64,000 nt of DNA, from NCBI GenBank assembly GCA_002726235.1, contig PBSN01000008.1:282749-346748 (forward strand), written 5' to 3'. The notes under the pieces are model-generated. The model did no database searches, had not been told where the DNA came from, and worked only from the letters and a program-made list of their open reading frames with translations. Origin of the DNA: Nitrospiraceae bacterium (GTDB taxonomy: Bacteria; Nitrospirota; Nitrospiria; Nitrospirales; UBA2166). Shown here piece after piece: positions 31,521-41,598 of this stretch (position 1 is the first letter of the stretch; the number at the start of each line of letters is the position of its first letter). Made by a program: the position numbers and the translations under genes.

Positions 31521-31724
31521 TTATTTCGTAGGAAGTAATCGATTAAACATGCGATTGACAGTTGCGTCCACTACTGCTGCCCCTTTTAGATTGCGCTTTT
31601 GCCCTCGCGATTTCGTGGTGAGAAGATGACGAAGCGACGCTTTTCGGCGCAGATATTTTCCCGATCCAGTAACTTTCACTCGCTTTGCCGTACCACGATG
31701 AGTTTTTAGCTTTAACCCTGCCAT
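31521..31724 (-). CDS. rpmI: 50S ribosomal protein L35
   Basis: KLKTHRGTAKRVKVTGSGK; between infC and rplT. Confidence 0.96.
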   Translation of the reverse strand: MAGLKLKTHRGTAKRVKVTGSGKYLRRKASLRHLLTTKSRGQKRNLKGAAVVDATVNRMFNRLLPTK

Positions 31725-31744
31725 TATTCTCCTCGCTATCGTGT

Positions 31745-32257
31745 TTATGATGATTTTGGTGAAAGGAGCATGACCATGAAACGGCCTTCAATCCGATAAG
31801 GTTGCTCCACTTGGCCGTGATCAGCAATGCCCTGAACAATCAGATCCATCAGTAGCTTTCCACGTTCTGCATGTTCCATTTCGCGTCCTCGGAATACGAG
31901 AATGACCTTTGTTTTATGCCCATGATCCAAGAAAGAGTTAATATGCTTGATCTTTGTATTCAAGTCATGGATCCCGGTTCGAAGTCGTATTTTTGCCTCC
32001 TTGACTTGTGTTGATTTTTGATGAGATCTGTTTGCATGTTCCTTTTTATTGGTCTCATACATATACTTTCCATAATCCATAATCCGGCAGACCGGCGGAT
32101 GAGCCATTGGCGCCACCTCCACCAAGTCGTATCCTCCGTCAAGCGCCTGCCGAATTGCATTGGCGGTCTGTAAGATACCAAGTTGATCGCCCTCTGGTCC
32201 AATGACGCGAACTTCAGCCGTTCGGATTCGTTGATTAACACGAAGTTTCTGAACGAT
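31745..32257 (-). CDS. infC: Translation initiation factor IF-3 (ATC start)
   Basis: Frame extends 44 codons above the tracked start to IVQKLRVNQRIRTAEVRVI after SD AGGGAGGT; LVEVAP..PPVCRIMDYGKY. Confidence 0.93.
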   Translation of the reverse strand: MVQKLRVNQRIRTAEVRVIGPEGDQLGILQTANAIRQALDGGYDLVEVAPMAHPPVCRIMDYGKYMYETNKKEHANRSHQKSTQVKEAKIRLRTGIHDLNTKIKHINSFLDHGHKTKVILVFRGREMEHAERGKLLMDLIVQGIADHGQVEQPYRIEGRFMVMLLSPKSS

Positions 32258-32285
32258 AGGCCACCTCCCTAAATTCTACGTTATC

Positions 32286-34232
32286 TCATGATTGAGTGGG
32301 TGCAGGAGATGCGGAAGAGTATTCCAATATCTCTGCAGTTAACATCTTAATAAATGGGACAAGCTTCATTGTACCCGCTTGCCCTTCTTTTCGTTTTCGA
32401 ACTGATACAGTGCTTGCTGCCACTTCCTTATCTCCAACAATGATCATATATGGGACTTTTGCCGTTTCCGCCTCGCGGATCTTAAGATTTATTTTTTCGG
32501 ATCTCAGATCTGCTTCTGCACGAAAGCCATGTTGCTTTAATTCTACGATGATGTTGCTCGCATAAGAGGATTGGGTTTCGCCTAGGGTCAACACCTTGAC
32601 TTGAACTGGAGCAAGCCAGGCTGGAAACGCACCATCAAAATGTTCAATGAGAACACCAATAAATCGCTCGAGGGAGCCAAAGATTGCTCGGTGAATCATA
32701 ATCGGTTGATGAGGTTTTCCATCGGGGCCGGTAAATGCCAATTCAAAACGCTGAGGAAGGTTAAAGTCTAGCTGAATGGTAGAACATTGCCATGAGCGTT
32801 CCAACACATCGCGAATTTGTATGTCAATCTTTGGTCCGTAGAATGCTCCTTCTCCGGGATCGATCGTATAGGAAACCTTTAGGGCATGTAAAGCGGATTT
32901 GAGTGCATCTGTAGCATGCTGCCAATCTTCAGCTGAACCTACAGCATGGTCGGGGCGGGTTGAGAGAAATATTTCAAAGTCTTCAAAGCCAAAACGCCGT
33001 AGCGTTGAAAAAGTGAACTTAAGGATGTCAGCAACTTCTTCGGCTAGTTGCTCAGGACGGCAGAAAATATGGGCATCATCTTGAGTAAAGCCTCGAACAC
33101 GCTTTAGCCCCTCAAGAACCCCGGAAAGTTCACGACGGTAGACGGTACCGAGTTCGGCCCAACGCAAGGGAAGGTCACGATAGCTTCGTAAACGTGATTT
33201 GTAGATCACAATATGGAACGGACAGTTCATCGGTTTCAGTTGGTAGGGGTTGTCCTCTGCCGAGATCGGTGAAAACATGCTTTCGTGATAGAAGTCAAGA
33301 TGTCCGCTCTGCTTCCAGAGATCGAGGCGGGCAATGTGTGGGGAATAGACAAGCTCGTATCCGCGTTCAATATGTTGCTCGCGCCAAAATGTTTCAATAA
33401 GATGTCTGACCATTGCACCTTTCGGGTGCCACAAAATAAGTCCTGAGCCTGTTTCCTCACTGACGGAGAAGAGATCAAGCTCTTTTCCAATCTTTCTATG
33501 GTCTCGACGTTTAGCTTCTTCGAGCAGGAGGAGATGTTGATCAAGTTCTTCCTGTGTCGGAAATGAAATTCCGTATATTCTTTGGAGCATGGGATTCTGC
33601 TTGTCTCCACGCCAATAAGCTCCTGCCACGGACAACACCTTGAATGCTCCGATTTGTCCCGTCGACGTCATGTGTGGCCCACGACAGAGATCAATGAAAT
33701 TTCCTTGCCTATACATGGATACGGATGGATCGGCAATGGCCTTAATAATCTCAACCTTATACGACTCATCGCGTTCCTGGAATAATGGTATAGCGCCTTC
33801 TTGGGAGGACTCTATGCGTTCAAGGGGATAATCCGCTTTCACGATCGAATGCACTTCCTCTTCTATCCGATTGAGATCCTCGGGAGTGAAGGCTCGGTCA
33901 AATCCAAAATCATAGTAAAACCCAGCATCAATGGGGGGGCCAATAGCTAATTTTGCTAGAGGGAAGACAGTTTGTACCGCTTGAGCAAGAATATGAGCAC
34001 TCGTATGCCAATACACTTCTTTTCCGAGTTTCGAATCAAAGGTGAGGGGTTTGAGTGAGACATTTGATGTTAGTACGGTTGAAAGATCAACCGCGATACC
34101 ATCGGCTTCTGCAGCCAAAAGTGTGCGGTTGTTTGGGAGGGTGTAGCCCGCTATGGCTTCAAACGCAGTAACCCCAGATTCGTACGAGCGGCGAGATTTA
34201 TCTGGGTATGTTACTTCAATCATATTAGCCAT
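32286..34232 (-). CDS. thrS: Threonyl-tRNA synthetase
   Basis: TGS domain, DLCRGPH, RDHRKIG, KPMNCP, FYGPKID, IHRAIFGSLERF. Confidence 0.99.
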   Translation of the reverse strand: MANMIEVTYPDKSRRSYESGVTAFEAIAGYTLPNNRTLLAAEADGIAVDLSTVLTSNVSLKPLTFDSKLGKEVYWHTSAHILAQAVQTVFPLAKLAIGPPIDAGFYYDFGFDRAFTPEDLNRIEEEVHSIVKADYPLERIESSQEGAIPLFQERDESYKVEIIKAIADPSVSMYRQGNFIDLCRGPHMTSTGQIGAFKVLSVAGAYWRGDKQNPMLQRIYGISFPTQEELDQHLLLLEEAKRRDHRKIGKELDLFSVSEETGSGLILWHPKGAMVRHLIETFWREQHIERGYELVYSPHIARLDLWKQSGHLDFYHESMFSPISAEDNPYQLKPMNCPFHIVIYKSRLRSYRDLPLRWAELGTVYRRELSGVLEGLKRVRGFTQDDAHIFCRPEQLAEEVADILKFTFSTLRRFGFEDFEIFLSTRPDHAVGSAEDWQHATDALKSALHALKVSYTIDPGEGAFYGPKIDIQIRDVLERSWQCSTIQLDFNLPQRFELAFTGPDGKPHQPIMIHRAIFGSLERFIGVLIEHFDGAFPAWLAPVQVKVLTLGETQSSYASNIIVELKQHGFRAEADLRSEKINLKIREAETAKVPYMIIVGDKEVAASTVSVRKRKEGQAGTMKLVPFIKMLTAEILEYSSASPAPTQS

Positions 34233-34269
34233 TATTGTGAGCGAGGCGGGTGAGTTTTCGAGAAGACAA

Positions 34270-34344
34270 TGGTAGGCGCGGGCGGTTTTGAACCGCCGAC
34301 TTCTACCGTGTCAAGGTAGCGCTCTCCCCCTGAGCTACGCGCCT
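34270..34344 (-). tRNA. tRNA-Val(GAC)
   Basis: AGGCGCGTAGCTCAGGGGGAGAGCGCTACCTTGACACGGTAGAAGTCGGCGGTTCAAAACCGCCCGCGCCTACCA; cloverleaf with CCA end. Confidence 0.96.
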
Positions 34345-34413
34345 AAACCATGATGTTGTCGAGAAGAGCGGATGGAAGTCTTCGTTGTCATGTTGTGCAA
34401 AAAGTACCACCGA

Positions 34414-34442
34414 AATATATCAGTCTAGCTCTGAGCGGTCAA
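34414..34442 (-). promoter_or_regulatory. Candidate sigma70 promoter for tRNA-Val/thrS
   Basis: TTGACC-N17-TATATT on the minus strand. Confidence 0.55.
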
Positions 34443-34560
34443 GGGGAAAGCCGTGCAGGCACGGAAATGGACGCAAATCAACGTGATAGCCAGTGCGGCC
34501 AGAGGTTTAACCCGATACAACGCTTACTATTGGTGATGGCTGCTAGCAGAGGTTTTTCCG

Positions 34561-34857
34561 TCAAGGATCGTTATCTGGAATTGTAGGACGATGGATTTGA
34601 AGATCTCGGATTTTTTTTCGAAGAGTATTTCGATTTAGTCCAAGGACGTGTGCGGTCTGCGCTTGGTTCCATTTCATTTCTGCAAGGATTTTTGTAATGA
34701 GAGTTTTTTCAACTGCACGGATGAGTAAGGGGTGAAGGTTTCGCGCTCCACACCGGGTCATACGATTGGCAAACTCTCCGACTTTAACTTCGAGCGATTC
34801 TTCGGGGTTTTCGTTTTGTTGCATTGGATTTGAAGCCACGCCCAATGTTCCTTTCAT
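34561..34857 (-). CDS. Stand-alone Fis-family helix-turn-helix protein
   Basis: VEKTLI..WNQAQTAHVLGLNRNTLRKKI; start may be 34824. Confidence 0.88.
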   Translation of the reverse strand: MKGTLGVASNPMQQNENPEESLEVKVGEFANRMTRCGARNLHPLLIRAVEKTLITKILAEMKWNQAQTAHVLGLNRNTLRKKIRDLQIHRPTIPDNDP

Positions 34858-34915
34858 CTCGAGAAAAAGTCAAGGGCAGGATTGGTCTCTTCGATATGGT
34901 TCATCCAATTAGGGG

Positions 34916-36517
34916 CTATAGTCGTTTTGCAAGTGCATGTCGTATTGCGCTAAGTTCTGGGGAACGCATAAGAATATGGATCCCAAGATATACCGCAATG
35001 CTGAGAAGTACTCCAGTTCCAAGGAGCATTGCTTTTGCTACCCAGTGACCACTCTGGACCCACAGGCCGTGTATGGCCACCCATCGGCAAATGATGCCAA
35101 TAACAAGGCTTGCGATAGCAGTCCGAAGTAATGAGGTTGCGATTGCCTGCCAATCCAGAGGTCCGATCTTCTTCACGAGTAACCGGAGAAGGATGCTGAC
35201 GTTTAGTATTGTGGCAATTGATGTTGCCAAGGCTAGTCCTCCATGTTGAAGGGGTCCGATAAGAGAGAGGGAAAGAGCGATGTTGCAGAACAATGCAAGC
35301 ATCGCGACTCGAACTGGCGTGCGTGTGTCTTGCAACGCGTAAAAGGCTGAAACCACTATCCGAATAGCTCCAAAGGCCCACAATCCGATTGCATAAAATG
35401 CTACCGCAATCGCTGTGCCTCTCGTAGCTTCGGCGGTAAACTCGCCGTGCTCGAAAAAGAGATGGATCAGTGGTGTTCGAAGCATGATGAGTCCAACGGT
35501 CGCCGGAATCATCAAGAAGAGTACATGGCGTAGGCCAAATTCGATACGTCTGTTTAACTCATCGTGCTCGTCGTTAGCCGTCAGGGCGCTCAGTGATGGA
35601 AGGATGGCGGTCGCCAAGGCAATACCAACGAGTCCAAGAGGAAAGTGGATAAGCCGCATTCCGTAAAAAAGGAATGTGACGCTACCGGTAGCAAGGAAGG
35701 AGGCGAGAATGGTATTGAGAAGAAGATTTGCCTGTGTGACACCTAAGCCAAATATGGTGGGAACGATAAGTGCTCCAATCCGTTTTACTCCAGGATGCGA
35801 TAGATTCCATCGGAAGGAGAGTGAAAAATTTGCTCGTCTCAAATGTGGAAGCTGAATGAGAAACTGAGCACACCCACCCAAAACGACACCAATCGCAATG
35901 CCATAAATCGGGTTGGAGAGCTGTGGGGCTACAAGAAAGGCGCAGAAAATGATAGTGAGGTTAAACATTACTGGAGCAAATGCTGGCGCGGCAAAACTTC
36001 GGACAGTATTGAGGATGCCCATGACAAGCGCGGAAAGGCCGACAAGAATCAGGTATGGGAACATCATTCTGGTGAGCTCAATGGTCAGCGCTTGTTTCTC
36101 AGGGTCGTCAGCGAACCCCATGGCAATTACGTATACAATTGCAGGGGTACCGAGGACACCAAGAATGCAAACCAGAGTCAGAAGGAGAAGGAGGGTTGTA
36201 AACGCTGTGTTGGCAAGGTCTTTGGCATCGTGATGTGACCGCTTTTTAATATATTCACTAAACACTGGAATGAAGGCAGCGGCCATTGACCCCTCAGCAA
36301 ATAATTCTCTAAGCATATTAGGAATACGATATGCAACGAAAAATGCGTCTGCGGCGATCCCTGCCCCAAAGAATCGTGCAAGTATGATGTCGCGAGCAAA
36401 CCCTAAGATGCGGCTGAGGAGTGTTGCCCCACTAATCAGGGCAGATGCCCGAAGAATGCGTCCTTCTTCGCGTGATGGCAGACGAGGTGAGGGCTGAGGT
36501 GGGGGATCCTGCGGCAA
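34916..36517 (-). CDS. murJ: Lipid II flippase MurJ/MviN
   Basis: LSRILGFARD, DAFFVAYRIPNMLRELFAEG, FYALQDTRTP; TTG 36517 follows AAGGA. Confidence 0.96.
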   Translation of the reverse strand: MPQDPPPQPSPRLPSREEGRILRASALISGATLLSRILGFARDIILARFFGAGIAADAFFVAYRIPNMLRELFAEGSMAAAFIPVFSEYIKKRSHHDAKDLANTAFTTLLLLLTLVCILGVLGTPAIVYVIAMGFADDPEKQALTIELTRMMFPYLILVGLSALVMGILNTVRSFAAPAFAPVMFNLTIIFCAFLVAPQLSNPIYGIAIGVVLGGCAQFLIQLPHLRRANFSLSFRWNLSHPGVKRIGALIVPTIFGLGVTQANLLLNTILASFLATGSVTFLFYGMRLIHFPLGLVGIALATAILPSLSALTANDEHDELNRRIEFGLRHVLFLMIPATVGLIMLRTPLIHLFFEHGEFTAEATRGTAIAVAFYAIGLWAFGAIRIVVSAFYALQDTRTPVRVAMLALFCNIALSLSLIGPLQHGGLALATSIATILNVSILLRLLVKKIGPLDWQAIATSLLRTAIASLVIGIICRWVAIHGLWVQSGHWVAKAMLLGTGVLLSIAVYLGIHILMRSPELSAIRHALAKRL

Positions 36518-36975
36518 TGGATTCCTTTTCGATTGCGATGTGAGGGCAGTGCTACACTCCCTATGCCGCAGGATTGTATCCAAGTACGGGAAAAGAATCT
36601 ATGTGTGGCCGTGAGTTTTGACCGTCTTAGGTATAGAGATATGATTGCCTTAGCAACCATTGAAAAGCGCTGGAAATGAGCGAGTGCCTGCCGGTTGTGT
36701 GTTTGGAAGGAGTTCTTGGGTGAACCGTCTATCTCAAGCAATGTTCCATTATTCTACTTTGCTCAGCCAATGCCTATACAACCCTCGCATGCCGTTGCCT
36801 ATTGATATTTGGCCTGTTGTGACTGAGCATTCTATGGCTACAAACAGGACGAGATGGAATGAACGGAGAGACGAAGGAGATAATTGCCGTGAAAGCTGCT
36901 GGCATCTTTTTCTCCGCTCGAAAATAGTTCCACTACATTAGCTCTTGACATGTGTGATGTTTCGTCCAACACTGT

Positions 36976-37446
36976 GTGATCATGTACCTAAGGTCATCAT
37001 TGCTGAGCATACTTGCGGCGATCCTGTGTGTTCTTGCACTGGGGTGTATGGGGGTCGCGAGTGATGAGCATGAAGATTTATTGCCGGTGACTCTTCCCAA
37101 TGGAACGAAGTTTTTTGTTGAAGTCGCCGATACTGATCACTCGAGAGAACAGGGTCTGATGCATCGAGACCATTTGCCAAGAGATAGTGGGATGTTGTTT
37201 GTATTCGAGCATGAACAAATTTGGGCGTTTTGGATGAAAAACACCCTTATTCCGCTCGACGTGGTGTGGTTGGATGCCGAAGGTGTCATTGTGGATGTTG
37301 CCGAACATATGAAGCCCTGCATGACTATGCCGTGTACGCACTATCGCCCAGACCATGTATCCTCATTTGCCCTCGAAATTCCTGCTGGCCGATACGCAGA
37401 GGAAGGGCTTCAAGTAGGTATGCGTTTAATCTTTCCCGCACCGTAA
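36976..37446 (+). CDS. DUF192 family protein, probable lipoprotein
   Basis: LALGC lipobox, EVADT..REQGLM, GMLFVF, FWMKNTLIPLD. Confidence 0.92.
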   Translation: MIMYLRSSLLSILAAILCVLALGCMGVASDEHEDLLPVTLPNGTKFFVEVADTDHSREQGLMHRDHLPRDSGMLFVFEHEQIWAFWMKNTLIPLDVVWLDAEGVIVDVAEHMKPCMTMPCTHYRPDHVSSFALEIPAGRYAEEGLQVGMRLIFPAP

Positions 37447-37517
37447 GTCTGCGGTCCAGATTTTCTCAGTAGCTCTTTCCCGTGCGCGTGCAGTGCCAAA
37501 TTGAGGCCGAATGGCGT

Positions 37518-37994
37518 ATGAATGATAAGTTTGTGATACTTCAAGAGCTTCCTGCTATTGTGGAACAATGTCGGGCTCGGGGTCAGAGGATTGTGTTTAC
37601 CAACGGGTGTTTTGATTTGCTTCATGTTGGTCACGTACGTTCCCTCCAAGCTGCACGGCGCCTCGGTGAGATACTTATCGTTGGTCTCAACAGCGACATC
37701 TCTGTGAGCCAACTCAAGGGTCCTCAGCGACCAATTGTTTCAGAGAATCAACGGGGTGAAGTATTGGCAGCACTGACTTGCGTAGATTATGTTGTCGTAT
37801 TTTCGGAACCAGATCCCTTGCGTGTCATTACTGCCGTGCAACCCGATGTTCTGGTGAAAAGTACTGATTGGGACCCGAAAGAGATCATCGGTCGTGAGGT
37901 GGTTGAGGCACGGGGTGGATCGGTTCTATCGGTCCCAGAGGTGACTGGTATTTCCACCACTATTCTCATTGAGCGCATGCGGACAGCCTTGTAG
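37518..37994 (+). CDS. rfaE2: Heptose 1-phosphate adenylyltransferase (RfaE2/HldE domain II)
   Basis: FTNGCFDLLHVGH, GLNSD, KGPQRPI, STT. Confidence 0.93.
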   Translation: MNDKFVILQELPAIVEQCRARGQRIVFTNGCFDLLHVGHVRSLQAARRLGEILIVGLNSDISVSQLKGPQRPIVSENQRGEVLAALTCVDYVVVFSEPDPLRVITAVQPDVLVKSTDWDPKEIIGREVVEARGGSVLSVPEVTGISTTILIERMRTAL

Positions 37995-40900
37995 TGACAA
38001 GTCTTGCGACAAAAACCAAGTCGGTTGCAGGATTTGACGCCCTGCTTGCTCAGCTAGACAGGGTTCTGAATCAAGACACGCATCTTCCAACGATCACAGG
38101 GCATACCAGATCGGCCAAATCTTTACTCCTGCTTCGATTGGCGCAGCACACCTCTAGAACGATGCTGATCGTCATGCGCTCTGAGGTAGAAGCCGAGGCT
38201 ATATATGGAGACCTGTTATTTTTCCGGGATTTTTTAAACCTTCCGATATTACCTCTTCATCAGTTTCCTGATTGGGATCTCTCACCGTATCAACCCGCAA
38301 TTCCAGCAGTTGACTGCGTCGCACTACGCATGAGAACCCTGTATCAATTAAACCAAGGATGCCCAACGGTTGTCGTGACCAGCATTTCAAGTGTCCTGCG
38401 ACGTACGCTTCCGAAAACTATATTTGCCGCGTCCTGTCTTGAACTGCACCCAGGTGATCATCTGGAGAGAGAAACCTTGATTGAGAGTTGTTTGCGATCG
38501 GGGTATCGCAATGTCTCTATCGTTCAGGATCCGGGAGAATTAAGCGTTCGAGGAGGGATCATCGATCTCTTTTCAACTGCCCATGATAAACCGGTGCGGC
38601 TTGAATTTCTTGGGGACACGTTAGAGTCGATGAGACTGTTTGATGTCGATTCCCAAATGTCGACTCATAAACAGGCCGGAGCGGTGGTCTTACCCGCACG
38701 GGAATACATCCTTGAGGCACTTCCCGAAAGTCCATTGCCGTTGGGCGTTGAATGGCAAACTCCAAAGCACTATGGCACGATGAATTCGTTAGCCGATTAC
38801 TGCCTCGATCCACCAATTATTGTATTGAATGAGCCGCAGGAACTTCGACAACATGCCGATAAGCTTATGATTCAAGCGCTAGAGGAATGGAGTGAGCCGG
38901 CAACTCCCCCAGAAGCATGGTATCTTCCTTGGGAATCGATTAGTGTCGCGAACGATGGCCAGACAGTTGTCGTCACGGAAACGATTCCCCATGCTGTCGA
39001 TCGCCAGATTCATGTTGGAATTGATCCGGTCAATGCCCCCATTCATATGGCGTGTCGATCGCCGGAAAGTCTTGGCCTCGGCATTCAAGGTGCGCCGTTC
39101 GTGTCGGCTATAAAAATCCTTGAGGATCTTCGCTCCCGGGGACCTGTTGTCGTTATTGCACGGAGTTATGGTCAAGCCAACCGGCTGTGTGCGCTCTTCT
39201 CAGAACATGATGTGCCGGCTGAACTGTGGTCCGCAGGTCATCAGACTGCAATGGGATCTCACATCTCTGGGGCCCCAATTTATTTGACCCATGGCATTGT
39301 GTCGAGTGGGTTTCTCATGGAGGGGTTCGGCGCAATTATTCGAGAAGAAGACCTGTTTGCGAAATCAATGTCGCATTCTCCACAACGGCAATCGAAGAGT
39401 GCACACTTTCTCCCGTCAGTCGAAGATATTGAATTAGGGAGTCCGGTTGTTTACGTTGAGCACGGAATTGGACGATATGCTGGGCTTCGTCGCCTTGCAA
39501 TTCATGGCTATGAACAAGAGTTTTTCATGATTGAATATGCGGGGAATGACGTTGTGTATGTGCCGCTTGATCGCATGAATCACGTTCAGCGCTATCAGTG
39601 CCAAGAGGGACATATCCCTCGCTTGGATAGCCTTCGAGGTACACGGTGGAGTCAGACTAAAGCCCGAGTGAAAAAGAATATCGAGGATATGGCTGAAGAG
39701 CTTCTCGAGCTCTATTCGCGTCGTGAACTTGTTGAGGGAGTAGGGTGTTCTTCAGATTCGATTCTTTCACATGAATTTGATGCCGCATTTGAGTATGAAG
39801 CGACTCCCGATCAATTGACGGCGATCGAAGACGTCAAACGAAGCATGGAATCTACGCGTCCCATGGACAGATTGGTATGTGGCGATGTGGGGTATGGAAA
39901 AACAGAAGTAGCCATGCGCGCAGCATTTAAAGCAATTTTGGATAATCGCCAGGTTGCCGTTCTTGTCCCCACAACATTATTGGCCAATCAACATTTCGAA
40001 AACTTTTCTCAGAGATTTGCCCCCTTTCCAGTACGTGTCGAAATTGTGAGCCGGTTTCAGTCTCGCAAGGACCAGCAAATTGTGATCAATGACGTCAAGA
40101 CTGGCATTGTTGACATTCTGATTGGGACACATCGTTTGTTGCAAAAAGATATCGCATTTAAAGACCTTGGGTTAGCTATCATTGATGAGGAGCAATGGTT
40201 TGGTGTTCGTCATAAGGAGCGACTCAAACAACTTTTCCATTCTGTTGATGTACTGACATTAACGGCTACTCCTATCCCTCGCACGCTGCAACTTTCGATG
40301 TCTTCCTTACGGGATATTTCTATTATTGACACCCCTCCCGCCGGTCGCCTTGCCATAAAAACGCAAGTGGTCTGTATGAATGACCGTGTCGTACGTGAAG
40401 CCATACAATGGGAACTGAGAAGAGGAGGACAGGTATTTTTTGTCCACAATACGGTCATGACTATTGAGCATATTGGCATGTGGCTAAGCGAGTTAGTTCC
40501 AGAAGCCAGAATTGGAATTGCTCATGGGCAGATGGATGCTCGTGTGCTCGAGTCGGTTATGCTTCGTTTTCTTCGCAAAGACCTAACTGTTCTCCTCGCA
40601 ACCTCGATCATTCAATCGGGGATGGATATTCCTTCCGCAAATACTATTATTGTCAACCGTGCTGATCAATTTGGTCTCGCGCAACTGTATCAATTGCGTG
40701 GACGTGTAGGACGTTGTGGTGAGCAAGCTTATGCCTATATGCTTGTTCCAAATGAAGGCATTCTATCGGACAATGCGAAACGGAGATTGCAAGCCATCGA
40801 AGAGTTCTGTGAACTGGGGGCAGGGTTTCGTATTGCCGCAAGAGATCTCGAGATCCGTGGCGCCGGGAATTTGTTAGGGAAGCAGCAGTCTGGGCAAATC

Positions 40901-41458
40901 GAAGCTGTGGGATTCGAATTATATGTACAGATGTTGGAACAGGCCGTACGCCAACGACGAGGTGAGGTGCTCAGCGAGCCTGTTGAACCGCAGATAAAAC
41001 TCCCAATATCAGCCTATATCGCAGACGAATATGTTTCCGATGTCTATCAGCGATTATCTCTCTATAAACGCCTATCATCGAGTATGCAGGTTAGTGATCT
41101 CGCATTGCTCCATGGGGAAATTCTCGACCGCTATGGGCCGATTCCTGATCCCCTTGAACATCTCTTCCAAGTTATGGAGATTAAGCTCTTAGCGAGGGCA
41201 TTGGGTTTGGACCGATGTGAGGTCAACGCCCGTGCCATCACATGCAATTTTGCGGCAGGATCTGCTCCCGCTACTGACGCTATCCCAGAACTGATTCGTC
41301 AACATGGGGACGACATGGTGCGATTTCCAACACCACAAACGGTCGAAGTTCTAATTCCCTCCCAAGGCTGGCCTCAAACGTTTTATGAGCTTCGGCAGTG
41401 CCTCAATACCATGATTGGATTGACTGATCGTGAACACGCTGAGGCAATTACTCTGTAG
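37994..41458 (+). CDS. mfd: Transcription-repair coupling factor
   Basis: UvrB-like VRGGIID, HGIGRY, CGDVGYGKTE, TATPIPRTL, DLEIRGAGNLLG, TRCF domain. Confidence 0.97.
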   Translation: MTSLATKTKSVAGFDALLAQLDRVLNQDTHLPTITGHTRSAKSLLLLRLAQHTSRTMLIVMRSEVEAEAIYGDLLFFRDFLNLPILPLHQFPDWDLSPYQPAIPAVDCVALRMRTLYQLNQGCPTVVVTSISSVLRRTLPKTIFAASCLELHPGDHLERETLIESCLRSGYRNVSIVQDPGELSVRGGIIDLFSTAHDKPVRLEFLGDTLESMRLFDVDSQMSTHKQAGAVVLPAREYILEALPESPLPLGVEWQTPKHYGTMNSLADYCLDPPIIVLNEPQELRQHADKLMIQALEEWSEPATPPEAWYLPWESISVANDGQTVVVTETIPHAVDRQIHVGIDPVNAPIHMACRSPESLGLGIQGAPFVSAIKILEDLRSRGPVVVIARSYGQANRLCALFSEHDVPAELWSAGHQTAMGSHISGAPIYLTHGIVSSGFLMEGFGAIIREEDLFAKSMSHSPQRQSKSAHFLPSVEDIELGSPVVYVEHGIGRYAGLRRLAIHGYEQEFFMIEYAGNDVVYVPLDRMNHVQRYQCQEGHIPRLDSLRGTRWSQTKARVKKNIEDMAEELLELYSRRELVEGVGCSSDSILSHEFDAAFEYEATPDQLTAIEDVKRSMESTRPMDRLVCGDVGYGKTEVAMRAAFKAILDNRQVAVLVPTTLLANQHFENFSQRFAPFPVRVEIVSRFQSRKDQQIVINDVKTGIVDILIGTHRLLQKDIAFKDLGLAIIDEEQWFGVRHKERLKQLFHSVDVLTLTATPIPRTLQLSMSSLRDISIIDTPPAGRLAIKTQVVCMNDRVVREAIQWELRRGGQVFFVHNTVMTIEHIGMWLSELVPEARIGIAHGQMDARVLESVMLRFLRKDLTVLLATSIIQSGMDIPSANTIIVNRADQFGLAQLYQLRGRVGRCGEQAYAYMLVPNEGILSDNAKRRLQAIEEFCELGAGFRIAARDLEIRGAGNLLGKQQSGQIEAVGFELYVQMLEQAVRQRRGEVLSEPVEPQIKLPISAYIADEYVSDVYQRLSLYKRLSSSMQVSDLALLHGEILDRYGPIPDPLEHLFQVMEIKLLARALGLDRCEVNARAITCNFAAGSAPATDAIPELIRQHGDDMVRFPTPQTVEVLIPSQGWPQTFYELRQCLNTMIGLTDREHAEAITL

Positions 41459-41598
41459 CAAAATGCTTAAACACCCCCTCATTCTCCTTCGTGCCTCTTC
41501 CGAGGCTCTACGTTCCGTAGAGCACGGTCCGCCTCCTTTGCTTGCCATGATTTATCGTGGGGATAATACCACAAATGCTCACACAATTAGTTTCTTGA

